From: Vulcanimicrobiota bacterium
GTDB lineage: Bacteria; Vulcanimicrobiota; Vulcanimicrobiia; Vulcanimicrobiales; Vulcanimicrobiaceae
Assembly (NCBI GenBank): GCA_963714015.1
Contig: OY970223.1
Coordinates: forward strand, 2,016,001 to 2,080,000
DNA: 64,000 nucleotides
Direction: 5' to 3'
Notes under the pieces: generated by a model
Database searches by the model: none
Told to the model about the DNA's origin: nothing
The model's input: only the letters and a program-made list of their open reading frames with translations
Part shown: positions 31,721 to 42,548 of the stretch, piece after piece
How the letters are laid out: the number at the start of each line of letters is the position of its first letter
Numbering within the stretch: position 1 is the stretch's first letter
Position numbers and translations under genes: made by a program

Positions 31721-34700
31721 ACGCCGCTCCCGAGATGCGCTTGACGGCGTACGCCGTCAAGGAATGTCAGCATGTCGCCGCCGCGAGGGCGGCGCCCTGG
31801 GAGGATGTCGCACGTCAGTCCCTTGGTCTCTTGAATATGGACGTTGGGATCCAACGTGATGTGCAGCAGGTCGTTGGCACTGTCGCCGGTGACCAATCCT
31901 TTGCGCCCGAAGTGATACGGCAATCCGACGCTGTGCAGCACGGTGCCGTTCGATCTGCTCGGCCGCACGCGGCTTGTAACCATTACGCGCGCCTCGATCA
32001 CCGCCCGAATCGTATAGATTGTCGCCCATTTGCCGTGTTCCAGACCGCGGAGCTTCGCCAATTCAGGGCTGACCTCGCAGAAAAGCTCCGGCTGCAGCTC
32101 GGAGAGATGCGGAACGGTACGGCTCATTCCGCCCGCGGTGTGGTGCTCCGTCAAACGGTAAGTGTACAGCACAAATGGGAAGAGATTGCCCTTTTCGCTG
32201 CTCGGCGATGGATTGTACTGATTGAATTCCCGCCGGAATTGTTGCCGGCACGGATTGCATTGCTGACCGTAGAGCGCGTTGCGCACCGGCGATTCATGCG
32301 GTTCGTAGTACGTTGGAAGAGGACCGTCGACGACGCCGTTGGGAACGAAGATCCAGCCCAGTCCGTCGTCTTGCATGATGAACGGATGCCATCCCGCCAG
32401 CGCCTCTTCTCGCTGCGCGTTACGAGCAGGCCGGTAGTCCGGACGCTTGTCCTTTTCGAAGTCCGGCGTATCGTGCCCGTCCCACTGCTCCTGCGCTTCA
32501 TCCCACCAGATATAGCGTTTGCGTTCGCTCCACGGTTTGCCGTCGGGATCCGCCGACGCGCGGTTGTAAAGAAGACGGCGATTTGCCGGCCATGCCCATC
32601 CCCACTGCGGAGCGACCCAGCTCTGTTCTGCTCCGGGCTTGCGCCGAGTCGTTTGATTTTGCTCGTTCGCATACGATCCGCAGTAGATCCAACAGCCGCA
32701 AGCAGTGCTGCCGTCCGCCTTTAACTCGCTGTACGAAGAAACAGTTTTGCCCTCGGCATCCCATCCGCTGATCTCGCGCAGGACCATGTGGGCGTCGGGT
32801 TCGCGGATCGCGCCCAGCTCGGGATAGTCCCACGTGAGGTACTCCACGAGATCGGCGTTCGGCTCTTCGCCCCCAGCCATCAGACTCTTTGAGGCGTTTG
32901 CCGAGGTGATAGAAGAACCACAGATCCGAGCGCACATCGCCTTGCGGTTCGACGGCCTTGTGGTGCCACTGCAGCAGCCGCTGCGTGTTCGTGTACGATC
33001 CGTCCTTTTCGGTGTGCGCCGCAGCGGGAAGCCAGAACACCTCGGTGCCGATTTCTTCCGTTTTCAATTCGCCGGATTCGATTTCCGGCGAATCGTACCA
33101 AAACGATGCGCTCTCATTTTCGCTGAAGTCGCGAACGACGAGCCACTCCAGACTGCTCAGAGCGCGCCGGTGCAAGCCGGAATTCGCGCTGCCGACAGCC
33201 GGGTTTTCACCGACGCAGAAGAAGCCTTTGACTTTCCCGTCGACCATCCCCATTGCGCTGCGATACGCTGAGTGATCTCCGCTGATGCGCGGCAGCAGGT
33301 CGAAGCAATAATCGTTTTGCTCGCTTGCGTTCTCGCCGAACCACGCCTTGAGCAAACTGACGAAGTACTTATCCAAATTGCCCCAGAAACCGGTGCGCGC
33401 GCCTTCCGATTCGATGAAATGTTTGAAGTTGCTATGCGCCTTCGCATGGGGCATCGGAATGTATCCCGGAAGGATGTTGAACAGCGTCGGGATGTCGGTA
33501 GAGCCTTGAATCGAGGAATGACCCCGAAGCGCAAGGATACCGCCTCCCGGGCGGCCGATGTTGCCGAGCAGTAATTGGACGATCGCCGCAGCGCGAATGA
33601 TCTGCACGCCGAACGTGTGCTGCGTCCATGCGACCGAATACGCGAACGCCGACGTGCGCTCGCGCCCGCTGTTGGCGCAGAGCATTTCGGCCACATCGAC
33701 GAGTTGCGCAGGTTCGATGCCGCAAATCTGTGCGACGGTTTCGGGTGTGTACCGCGAGAAGTGCCGCTTGGTGACTTGATAAATGCACCGCGGATCCTCC
33801 AGCGTCTTGTCCATGTGCGGCGGCTCACCTGATTTGAGCGCATCTTCCTTCTGCGTGAAGCTCGGGCTTGCCGCCGAGTTGCGATTCGTCCTCGCGCTGG
33901 CCGGCTGCGCCGTGCAGATCCATGCCTTTGTACTGCCAGCTCTCGAACCCGTAGCCGTTCGTCTCGGCCTGCCAGCCCGAGAAGTAACCGTCCAGATCTT
34001 CAGTGTCGCGGAAGTCGTCCTTCAGTATGACTGGAGCGTTCGTGTAATTGACGACGTATTCTCGAAACGATCGGTCATTGGTGAGAATATAGTTGATGAT
34101 CCCGCCGAGAAACGCCAAGTCGGTGCCGGCGCGTATCGGCACGTGCATGTCCGCCATCGCACTCGTGCGCGTGAACCGCGGATCGACGTGTATCAGTTTA
34201 CCGCCGCGCTCGCGCGCTTCCATGACCCACTGGAACCCGACCGGATGATTCTCCGCCATGTTCGAGCCCATGATCACGATGCAGTCGGAATTCTGAAGGT
34301 CTTGCTGGAACGTCGTCGCGCCGCCCCGGCCGAACGAGGTTCCCAAACTGGGAACCGTCGAGCTGATGTCATATTCGAGCCTGGTTTTCGACCTGGATGA
34401 TGCCGAGCGCCGTGTAGAGTTTCTTTATCAGGTAATTCTCTTCGTTGTCGAGCGTCGCGCCGCCCAAATGCGCGATTCCGGAGCAGCGGTTGAGCGCCCG
34501 GCCCTTCTCATCGGCGGCTTCCCACGTTTCGCGACGGGTTTTCACGACTCGCTGCGCTATCATCTCCATCGCCTGCTCGAGCGAGATTTCTTCCCAGTGC
34601 GTGCCGTAGGGCCGCCGGTACTTCGCTTTGTATTCGCGTAACGGACTTTCAACCAAGGAACGGGTTGCCGAGCCCTTGGGACACAACCGGCCGCGCGAAA

Positions 34701-34927
34701 TCGGGCTGTCCGGGTCACCCTCGATGGAGACGATCTTTTCGTCCTTCACATAGATGTTCTGACCGCATCCTACCGCGCAATAGGGACAAACGGATTTTAC
34801 GGCTTTAGACTTGCTGCGTGCGCGCCGTCCAGTTTTTCGTGCGCTCGGACTGCGCCGCGGCGCCAAGCGCGAGCGGATCGTTTTCGAACTGGCGAAGCAG
34901 GGGCCAGCCTGAAGCGTTCCTTTTCAT
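31717..34927 (-). CDS. Selenocysteine-containing formate dehydrogenase alpha subunit, interrupted by several frameshifts (about 34810, 34366, 33850, 32880)
   Basis: CPYCAVGCG, ENQARI-TGA-HSSTVPSLG, ILALRGH, EKDGSYTNTQR, RLTEHHTAG; start MKRNASGWPLL. Confidence 0.88.
34335..34360 (-). promoter_or_regulatory. Bacterial SECIS hairpin
   Basis: CGAC-GGTTCCCA-GTT-TGGGAACC-TCG just 3' of the in-frame TGA at 34369-34371. Confidence 0.8.
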
Positions 34928-35027
34928 CGATAAAATGGTACCAAGCAAACGTCGGCGTTAAACGATTGACCGGAGTCAATGACGGCGTCGGCCAAAACGT
35001 GCGAGCCGTGGGTAAGACCGAGATACC

Positions 35028-36041
35028 ATGGCTGCTAATTCTGAACCTGAAGTCGTCGTCGTCACCGGAGCATCCGGTGGAATCGGACGAGCGGCAGTCC
35101 GAGAATTCGCCAAGCACGGTACGAAGCTTGCGCTCCTGGCTCGCGGCGAGGAGGGGCTGGAAACGGCCCGCGCTGAGGCGGAGGCTTTAGGCGCCCGCGC
35201 GATCGCAATAGCCGTGGACGTCGCGAATCCGGAAGAAGTGGAAGCCGCCGCCGCTCGCGCAGAAAGCGAGCTCGGGCCCATCGACGTGTGGGTGAACGTG
35301 GCGTTCACGAACGTATTCTCGGAGTTCTGGGACGTTACGCCGGAGGAATGGCGCCGCCTCACCGACGTCACGTATTTGGGCTACGTTTGGGGAACCATGG
35401 CGGCGATCAAGCGCATGCGCGGGCGCAACCGCGGGACGATCGTTCAGGTGGGCTCGGCGCTCTGCTATCGCAGCATTCCGCTTCAATCGCCGTATTGCGG
35501 GGCCAAGAGCGCGATTCGAGGGTTTACCGACTCCCTGCGCTGCGAGCTGATTCAGCATAACAGCAAGATCAATTTGACCATGGTTCAAATGCCCGCCGTC
35601 AACACTCCGCAGTTCACGTGGAATCGCGTCAAGAGCGGGCTCAAGCATCCTCAGCCGCTGCCTCCGATTTTCCAGCCGGAAGTCGCGGGGCGCGCGATCT
35701 ACTGGGCGGCGCAGAAGCACCCGCGCGAGATGTGGGTCGGCGGTTCCACGGTAATCGCCATTCTCGTGCAAAAGATCGCTCCGCGGCTTGCCGACTGGTA
35801 CTTGGGAAAGACCGGCTACAAGTCTCAGCAGACCGGCGAACCGATACGGCCGGGACGTCCCGACAATCTGTACGAGCCTGCAGATCGCACGCGCGACTTC
35901 GGCGCGCATGGTGAATTCGACGAGCAAGCTGCACCGCGAAGCTTTGAGACCGAGCTGGTCATCAACCGTCAGTGGGTGCTCGGCGGATTGGCGCTGGCGG
36001 GCGCCGCAGCCGCGGCGAGTGCTCTGTTATTGCGGGACTAG
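35028..36041 (+). CDS. Short-chain dehydrogenase/reductase
   Basis: TGASGGIG, YCGAK. Confidence 0.93.
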   Translation: MAANSEPEVVVVTGASGGIGRAAVREFAKHGTKLALLARGEEGLETARAEAEALGARAIAIAVDVANPEEVEAAAARAESELGPIDVWVNVAFTNVFSEFWDVTPEEWRRLTDVTYLGYVWGTMAAIKRMRGRNRGTIVQVGSALCYRSIPLQSPYCGAKSAIRGFTDSLRCELIQHNSKINLTMVQMPAVNTPQFTWNRVKSGLKHPQPLPPIFQPEVAGRAIYWAAQKHPREMWVGGSTVIAILVQKIAPRLADWYLGKTGYKSQQTGEPIRPGRPDNLYEPADRTRDFGAHGEFDEQAAPRSFETELVINRQWVLGGLALAGAAAAASALLLRD

Positions 36042-36773
36042 CTCCTCATCCAGCACCGAGCGATCGATCTGACCCCCGAAGCGTTTTCGTTCGAGGGCGA
36101 AGACGGCCGTCACGAGCTTCTTCACCGCGTCGATGAACGTCGGCCGGCTGTCCGGTGCTAGGATGATCCGTCGAACGAGCGCATTCAGATCGTCGAGCGA
36201 GAGCTGCTGATCGACGATCGGCCCGTCGATGGGCTGGCGGAATATCTGAACGCTGCGTATCTCTTGTTCTTCCTTGTACTCGCGCCGTTTGTGAAAAAAG
36301 ATCTTGTGAATGTCGGAGATCTCCCCTTCCATGGGCTCGTAGCGCATGCGTTCGATTCGCACCTCGCCGTTGCGGGCGAGCATTTCGCGTAGCGCGCCGA
36401 CCGTAGTTTCTATCGCTACCGACTCTCCCGAGCGCCCGTAGATGTTCCACATGCCGTAGGATTCGCGATCGAATTCGAACCAGTACGTCGCGACCGCATG
36501 CGTGCGCGCCGCGCGAATCACATCCTCGGTAGAGGGCGTTTTGCCGTCAAAACCAAGCCTGCGCAGCAATGGGCGCGCGAAGCGTACGCTCTTCCATCCG
36601 TAGGCGCCCTCGGAGGCATCGTAAAGGGTGTCGATTCTGGTTTGAATCAGATGGCCGCTAAGCAGCTCCAAAAAAGAGTTCAGCTTCATGTAACGCCAGA
36701 TGACCGTCGCCTCGCGGGCCTCGCCTTCCGGTTTGACAGCGCGGCCGCGCTCTGGGCGCTCGACGTTGCTCAT
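36027..36773 (-). CDS. Hypothetical protein (DUF2971-like)
   Basis: IWRYM, ESYGMWNIY, KRREYKEEQEIR. Confidence 0.7.
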   Translation of the reverse strand: MSNVERPERGRAVKPEGEAREATVIWRYMKLNSFLELLSGHLIQTRIDTLYDASEGAYGWKSVRFARPLLRRLGFDGKTPSTEDVIRAARTHAVATYWFEFDRESYGMWNIYGRSGESVAIETTVGALREMLARNGEVRIERMRYEPMEGEISDIHKIFFHKRREYKEEQEIRSVQIFRQPIDGPIVDQQLSLDDLNALVRRIILAPDSRPTFIDAVKKLVTAVFALERKRFGGQIDRSVLDEELVPQ

Positions 36774-36885
36774 GATGACCGTGACTGGTTATTCCCCTGT
36801 GTAAAGTTCGTGCAACGGGAGCGCAAACGCGCCGGGAATGCCGATAAGGAAGAAGAGCGGCAAGGAAGCCCCCGCTTTGAGGAAT

Positions 36886-37119
36886 ATGGAGATGAGCCAG
36901 CACGCCTCCGCACAGGCAATGTGCGTAGCGCGAAAGCCCAACGGCGCGGCATGCGCCAACGAGGCGCAGTTCGAATGCGAAAACGGCCATGTGGTCTGCT
37001 TTTTCCATAGCATTCGCACCATCGGCGCGCAGTCGGTCAACAAGCGCAAATGCGTTGCTTGTATGGAGCAGGGCAAGACGTCCTTCGTGCACCGGCGCGG
37101 CGAAGAATCAGAATCGTAG
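36886..37119 (+). CDS. Small Cys/His-rich putative zinc-binding protein
   Basis: GAGG RBS; C..C..CENGH..CFFH..CVAC. Confidence 0.5.
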   Translation: MEMSQHASAQAMCVARKPNGAACANEAQFECENGHVVCFFHSIRTIGAQSVNKRKCVACMEQGKTSFVHRRGEESES

Positions 37120-37136
37120 CGTCGTCGCTGCAGCGC

Positions 37137-37511
37137 TTACTGCGCTTTAGCCATCGCCCGGTATGCGGCGATCTTTCCGTCCGGATCGAGCCGGAGCACG
37201 ACGTTCATCCAGCCCTTGCCGAAGTTTGCGCGGTACGTGTATTCGTTCTTCGCCTGATCGGTGCTCAGGTACGTTAGCCCGTGGTAGTCACCCAGCGAGT
37301 GCATCTTGTCCGAGAGAATCCCTAGCTCGGATCGAGTAACTTGCGACTTCAGCGTGTCGTCGAAGTTTTGCGTGGCTGCGTTCATGTCGTCGTTGTAAAC
37401 CGCTTTGGTGACCGAATCCGCTGAAGCTTGCGCCGAGCCTGCAGGGCTGCCGCCGCAAGCCGCGAGCGCGAGCACGAGGCCCGCACCCGCCAAGATTGCG
37501 TTACGGAGCAC
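37137..37511 (-). CDS. Putative lipoprotein
   Basis: Signal peptide with lipobox LAAC. Confidence 0.75.
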   Translation of the reverse strand: MLRNAILAGAGLVLALAACGGSPAGSAQASADSVTKAVYNDDMNAATQNFDDTLKSQVTRSELGILSDKMHSLGDYHGLTYLSTDQAKNEYTYRANFGKGWMNVVLRLDPDGKIAAYRAMAKAQ

Positions 37512-38008
37512 TAAATGCTGCCCCAGCCGTATGAGACCATCTCCGTGCTGCCATTATCCGCGACGCGCGTCGCAACGCGATGCTTTCGATCGGTCTTCGA
37601 GTGCGAGCTGTTCGAGCGCGGGTTCGGAATATATGCGACGGTGCGATCGCTCTTGCCGGCCATTGCCAGTTCGCTGCGCTGCTGAAGGATGACGCCGTGC
37701 TGGTAGGACACCTCGCGCTTGAGGTCGCCGACTTCGGCGACGGCGTTGTCATAAGCTTTCTGTTCGCTGCTGTAGGCTGCCCACGCGTCGTTGTTTTCCG
37801 ACTGGAGCTCGGCCTGGCGGCGCGCATCCTCGGCGTATTTCTCGTGAACCTTCCGGTTGTGCTGAATGATCAAATACGAAGCCGCGCCGATTCCCAGCAA
37901 AATGTTGCGCGTGCTGGCGCGGCCGTCGGCGAGCGCCGGAGCGGCGGGAACGAAGGTTGCCGTCATGGCTGCCAGCATCGTGCCGGCGATTGCTCGTTTG
38001 AAATTCAT
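37511..38008 (-). CDS. Secreted hypothetical protein
   Basis: GGAGG RBS; signal peptide MNFKRAIAG...ALA. Confidence 0.7.
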   Translation of the reverse strand: MNFKRAIAGTMLAAMTATFVPAAPALADGRASTRNILLGIGAASYLIIQHNRKVHEKYAEDARRQAELQSENNDAWAAYSSEQKAYDNAVAEVGDLKREVSYQHGVILQQRSELAMAGKSDRTVAYIPNPRSNSSHSKTDRKHRVATRVADNGSTEMVSYGWGSI

Positions 38009-38114
38009 AGCGTGGTCTTGCCCTCCTAAGTGGTGTAACGCAGGCGCCAAAGGCAATTGTTCCCCGCCTTCGAATCTCTCCAGCCCCTGCTCGCTTTGAC
38101 CGGAGGAATTTGCA

Positions 38115-39038
38115 ATGGCAACCGAGCGTATCGGTGTGGTCGGTACGGGGCGAATGGGCGCCAACATGGCTCGGCGGTTGAAAGATGTAGGCTACGCCGT
38201 CACTGCCGTTCACGACGTTCGGCCGGAGTCCGCCCGCTTGCTTGCGAACGAGATCGGTTCGACTGCCTACCGAACACTGTCCGGCGTTACCGAGAACTGC
38301 GACGTCGTCATTACCGTGGTAACCGATGACGCGGCAATGTTCGACATCTTTTCGGCCACGGGCGATTCTTTGCTGGTTCCGGAACACCCGGAACTGGCCG
38401 GCGGGAAGTACTTCATCAACTGTGCGACTATTTCTCCGGGCGTGCACCGGGAGATCGAGCGCATCGTCAATGCCCGGAGCGCGAATTCCATTGAGGCATG
38501 CATGGCAAGTTCCATCACGCAAGCTCGCAACGGAACGCTGTATCTTATGTGCGGCGGAAAACGTGAGGCATTCGAACGGGTGCGCCCCATTTTGGAGAAC
38601 CTCGGCAGTTCCCTTCGCTACATTGGTGAGGCTGGCCGGGCGGCGCAAGTCAAAGCGCTCGTCAACATGGTGATGAACTCCAATACCGCGGCCCTAGCGG
38701 AAGGGCTGGGATTGGGCGATGCGCTCGGTTTGGATCTCGAGATGCTGCGCGAGGTCTTCGGTCAAACGGGCGCGGCGTCGCGCGTGCTCGAAACCGACGG
38801 TGCAGACATGCAGAACCGCGATCACGACTGCTACTTTTCGGCGGCGCATGCCGCCAAAGATTCCGGCATTGCGCTTTCGCTCGCCCGGGAGAGCGGCGTG
38901 GAGCTGCCTCTTGCGCGGGCGACGTACGATCAATACGTACGAATGAAGTCGCTCGGGCTGGGCGAACTCGACAAATCCGGAATCTCCGAACTCACGTTCA
39001 AATCCCGCCACGCCGAACATACTTCTCTGTCTCGCTGA
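38115..39038 (+). CDS. 3-hydroxyisobutyrate dehydrogenase family NAD(P)-dependent oxidoreductase
   Basis: GVVGTGRMG, KALVN, KDSGIA. Confidence 0.88.
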   Translation: MATERIGVVGTGRMGANMARRLKDVGYAVTAVHDVRPESARLLANEIGSTAYRTLSGVTENCDVVITVVTDDAAMFDIFSATGDSLLVPEHPELAGGKYFINCATISPGVHREIERIVNARSANSIEACMASSITQARNGTLYLMCGGKREAFERVRPILENLGSSLRYIGEAGRAAQVKALVNMVMNSNTAALAEGLGLGDALGLDLEMLREVFGQTGAASRVLETDGADMQNRDHDCYFSAAHAAKDSGIALSLARESGVELPLARATYDQYVRMKSLGLGELDKSGISELTFKSRHAEHTSLSR

Positions 39039-39051
39039 GGGAGAACCAAAC

Positions 39052-39540
39052 ATGACGACAGCAGGAACCACCGACTCAACGACGCCCGCGACGCAAAACA
39101 AAGAGAAGATCGTCCCGATGATAAGCTCCGACACCGCCGGTCCGCTGGGCGTGAAACATCTACCCCGGCTTTGGGCCAAACTGACGCTTGCGGCGCATGG
39201 CCGGCTGGCCGAAGGATACGACGAATGCGGCCCGGGCTTCGATGCGATGACAATCAATAATTTGAACCTCGCGAAAGATCGGGTCGTGCAGTTCGTGCGC
39301 GATCACAAGCCCACGTATATGCAGTTCGAGCAATGGGTCGCCAAGGAAAGCGGCGGTAAGCTCGACCCCGAGGCGGTCCGCAAGCACAACGAGGCCGTCA
39401 ACGGCTACTGCCACAACGAAGATCTTGCTACGCAGATGCGTCAAAGTTCCGGCATTCCGCACGACCATATCAAGGATGCCGTCACGCTGAATACCGTCGA
39501 GGATCTGGACGAGTTGCACCGGCAGGCAACGGCAACCTAA
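39052..39540 (+). CDS. DUF5069-like protein
   Basis: GPLGVKHLPRLWAK, GFD; GGAG RBS. Confidence 0.65.
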   Translation: MTTAGTTDSTTPATQNKEKIVPMISSDTAGPLGVKHLPRLWAKLTLAAHGRLAEGYDECGPGFDAMTINNLNLAKDRVVQFVRDHKPTYMQFEQWVAKESGGKLDPEAVRKHNEAVNGYCHNEDLATQMRQSSGIPHDHIKDAVTLNTVEDLDELHRQATAT

Positions 39541-39557
39541 CTGCTCAAGTACCCCGG

Positions 39558-40385
39558 GTGGTACATGTCGAAGAGCGCGTCACGTTAGACGACGGCGCAA
39601 AGACCATATTAGAACGCTGGGGAACGCGCGGGCCGGTGATTTTGTGCGTGCACGGAATGACCAGTTCGCGCCGGTCCTGGGAGCGGCTCGCCGCGCACTA
39701 TAGCGATCGCGCGCGAATCTACGCCTACGATCAGCGCGGTCACGGTGAATCGGCAGACGTGAGCGGCCCGATGACGCTGCATCGCGCGCTCCTCGATCTT
39801 TACAACGTGATCGACGCCATTCCCGACCGCGTCGAAACGCTCATCGGACATTCATGGGGCGGTGCGGTAGCGATTCTCGGCGGGCGCCGTTTCGACGTCC
39901 AGCGCGTCGTTGCGATCGATCCGATGATTCGCCAAGCCGACGGCCCATGGTACGACGAGTTCATCGACGAATTACGCGCGCAGTTCTCAAAGCGCGGCGA
40001 TGCCAGAGATGCACTGATTCGCGCGGAATATCCCAAGCGCGGCTGGTCCGAGACGGACGTTGAAGGCAAGGTTCATGCGGTCCGCAACATGACGATTCTG
40101 CCGATTCAGCGCCTGCGCGACGAAAATCCGCCGGAGACGTGGGACTTGCGCCCCGATCTGGACGACTATCCCAAGCCGCTGCTGCTCGCGATTGCGGGCT
40201 CCGGCGAAAGCGTGGTCGCGCTGGAAGATCTCAAATACGTCCGCGAACACGGCGGTCCGAACATTGCGATCCGCGAATTCGAGCGCGCGGATCACAACCT
40301 TCATCGCACCGCGTTCGACGCGTTCGTGCGCGAACTGGATACGTACTTCGAACGCACCTCGGCCCTCTCAAGCACGCCCGGCTAG
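39558..40385 (+). CDS. Alpha/beta hydrolase
   Basis: VHG, DQRGHG, GHSWGG nucleophile elbow. Confidence 0.9.
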   Translation: MVHVEERVTLDDGAKTILERWGTRGPVILCVHGMTSSRRSWERLAAHYSDRARIYAYDQRGHGESADVSGPMTLHRALLDLYNVIDAIPDRVETLIGHSWGGAVAILGGRRFDVQRVVAIDPMIRQADGPWYDEFIDELRAQFSKRGDARDALIRAEYPKRGWSETDVEGKVHAVRNMTILPIQRLRDENPPETWDLRPDLDDYPKPLLLAIAGSGESVVALEDLKYVREHGGPNIAIREFERADHNLHRTAFDAFVRELDTYFERTSALSSTPG

Positions 40386-40828
40386 AACTGCAGGGCGAAA
40401 CCGAAGACGTAGCGCCCTAGAACATATGCCCGACCGAGATAACGCCCCGGCCCGATCGCGCGGATTTCATCGCCTACGAACCACGCGATGATCGAAGTCT
40501 TGGAATAGTCGAGCACGATGCACGGTTTGCCGTCGAAGCGGCTAGGAGCTTCGTAGACGTGCGCGGGCACGGCAGGTATGCCGATGGGCGTGACGCGATT
40601 GACGAGCCGGCTCCCCGCAGCATCGAATGTTTTCCCTTGCCAGACGGCGACGCGCACGAGCTGCGCAATCGGCGCCGCGAGGCTTGTGCCGGGCGCGATC
40701 AACGCGAGCCCTTCCGCGGGACCATGTGGAATCGGACCGGCCGGAGCGGCACTGAAGATCTCGTCCAACCGGCGTTGATCCATCCGCAGCAGCGCACCGT
40801 TTGCAGCCGGCGAGGTCGCGTCAGCCAT
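40382..40828 (-). CDS. Hypothetical protein
   Basis: WQGKTF, IVLDYS, DEIR motifs. Confidence 0.65.
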   Translation of the reverse strand: MADATSPAANGALLRMDQRRLDEIFSAAPAGPIPHGPAEGLALIAPGTSLAAPIAQLVRVAVWQGKTFDAAGSRLVNRVTPIGIPAVPAHVYEAPSRFDGKPCIVLDYSKTSIIAWFVGDEIRAIGPGRYLGRAYVLGRYVFGFALQF

Positions 40829-41295
40829 GCAATGAAGTTTCGAAGTGTCGCCGGCGACCCCTATGCGACCCTTTGATTGTGAAGAAACTGTCAAACTGTG
40901 CGGCGTTACATGAAGATCGCGAGCACGAGATCAGCTGACGTTTACATCGTTCCTCGATTTTGAAACTTCGGCGCTGGAGTTCGACGGTTCATCCAGCGCG
41001 GCTCTGGAGCGGGACGTGGCAGCCGTTAATCGCAAGCTTTCAGCGAGGGGCCTTCCACCGCCGATGGCTATATGGCAAGGCCGGCAAGATTGCCGGGACG
41101 CGGCAAGTGCAGCTCTCTATTGGGCTACCAAAAGCGCGATAGCGCAGATCGCGAATAAGCGCATACGGTTTCTCGAGCAAATCTCTGCCGACTCGCTTGG
41201 GGGCGTCGGTTGCGCTGACCAGCCGCTGCCCAACGAAGATCAACCGATGATGCGCGAGGGCGCTGGCTTTGAAGGCAGCGTCTTGGCGGGATATT

Positions 41296-41324
41296 AAAAA
41301 AAGGCCGGCGGAAAGCCGGCCTTT
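41296..41324. terminator. Bidirectional intrinsic terminator
   Basis: AAAAAAAGGCCGGC-GGAAA-GCCGGCCTTT. Confidence 0.8.
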
Positions 41325-41350
41325 GGGGTTGCTGCGACTCGAGGATAAAA

Positions 41351-42001
41351 CTACTGACCTCCGCCGCCGCTCGTGCTGCTGTTCTTGGTGCGTTTCATGT
41401 GATGCACGTGCGTCGTGGCAGCGACGTTCGGACGATTGAACTTGTCCAGCCAGTTCGGGCCGTTCGGATTGCCGTTGAGCGCGTCCATAGTCGTACCGTT
41501 GCCCATACCGCTCGTGGTCGAAGGCATTGCCGGTGCGACGGCCGGCGTCGAAGTCGATGGATTGGTCGTTGTCGAGGTCTTTCCATGAACCACGCCTTGA
41601 TGCGCGCATGGCTGCATCGGCTGCGTGGCGCTATTGGCGGACGTCGAAGTATCTACTCCGCTGTTCGTCGAGGGAGACGTCGTGCCGCCGTCGGCCGACG
41701 TGGAGGTGTTGCCGGTCGTTCCACCATTGTTCCCGGTCGTAGTGTTCGTGTCGGTATTCGTGTTCGTACCGGCGTTCGACGTCGACTGCGTACCGGGCGT
41801 GGCCGGCGACTGACCGGTAGCCTCATTCGGCGTAGCACTGTTGCATTGTTCGTAACGAACGGGCTGCTGTTTGGCAGTCGCGGGTGACGTCGGAGGCGGA
41901 TTGGTCGTTTGCGTCGTTTGCTGCGCAAAGGCCGCGCCGGTGAAGGCCAGCGTGAGCGCTGCTGCAATTCCGCTTGAAAGTAATGCTCGGGTTGAATGCA
42001 T
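41351..42001 (-). CDS. Secreted Thr/Asn-rich low-complexity protein
   Basis: GAGGAG RBS, signal peptide ending AFA. Confidence 0.75.
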   Translation of the reverse strand: MHSTRALLSSGIAAALTLAFTGAAFAQQTTQTTNPPPTSPATAKQQPVRYEQCNSATPNEATGQSPATPGTQSTSNAGTNTNTDTNTTTGNNGGTTGNTSTSADGGTTSPSTNSGVDTSTSANSATQPMQPCAHQGVVHGKTSTTTNPSTSTPAVAPAMPSTTSGMGNGTTMDALNGNPNGPNWLDKFNRPNVAATTHVHHMKRTKNSSTSGGGGQ

Positions 42002-42161
42002 TCGATTCTCCTCTAAGGGCACCAAGTTTCATTACCCATTGTGCGCGAATGTATGAAAAGCGGGAGGCTGCTCGGCCGAACAAAAAAGAACCGCGCGCAG
42101 TCTCGTCCGCAGCGTCCGCGTGCGCCGGGTCGGCTACTTCAGACGTGGGTATCCAAAGCAA

Positions 42162-42512
42162 ATGCGCAGACGTAAATCAAGCGCGATACTGCAAGGCGTG
42201 TACTACGTAGCGACCGGCGCCCTGCCGCTGCTATCGCGCCGAACATTCGAACGGCTCACCGGGCGCAAGCGCGACTGGTGGCTCGTGCAGATGGTCGGAC
42301 TCTTGGCTATGAGTATCGGAGCAGCGCTGATCGCCGGCGCAATAAACCGGCGCGACGAAGAGGAACTCGCAGTCGACCAGCGCGCCCTTGCGGTTTTCTC
42401 AGCACTTTCGTTCGCGGCGATCGACGTCGCGTATGCCGTGCCTGGACGGATCTCGCGGATTTACTTGCTGGACGCAGTCGTCGAAGCAGCTTTAGTCGTG
42501 CTCTCGGTTTGA
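42162..42512 (+). CDS. Hypothetical membrane protein
   Basis: QGVYYVATG, TGRKRDWWLV, ISRIYLLDA. Confidence 0.7.
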   Translation: MRRRKSSAILQGVYYVATGALPLLSRRTFERLTGRKRDWWLVQMVGLLAMSIGAALIAGAINRRDEEELAVDQRALAVFSALSFAAIDVAYAVPGRISRIYLLDAVVEAALVVLSV

Positions 42513-42548
42513 GAAAGCGCGGCTGCCGGCGATCCGTTTTGTGTTTCG

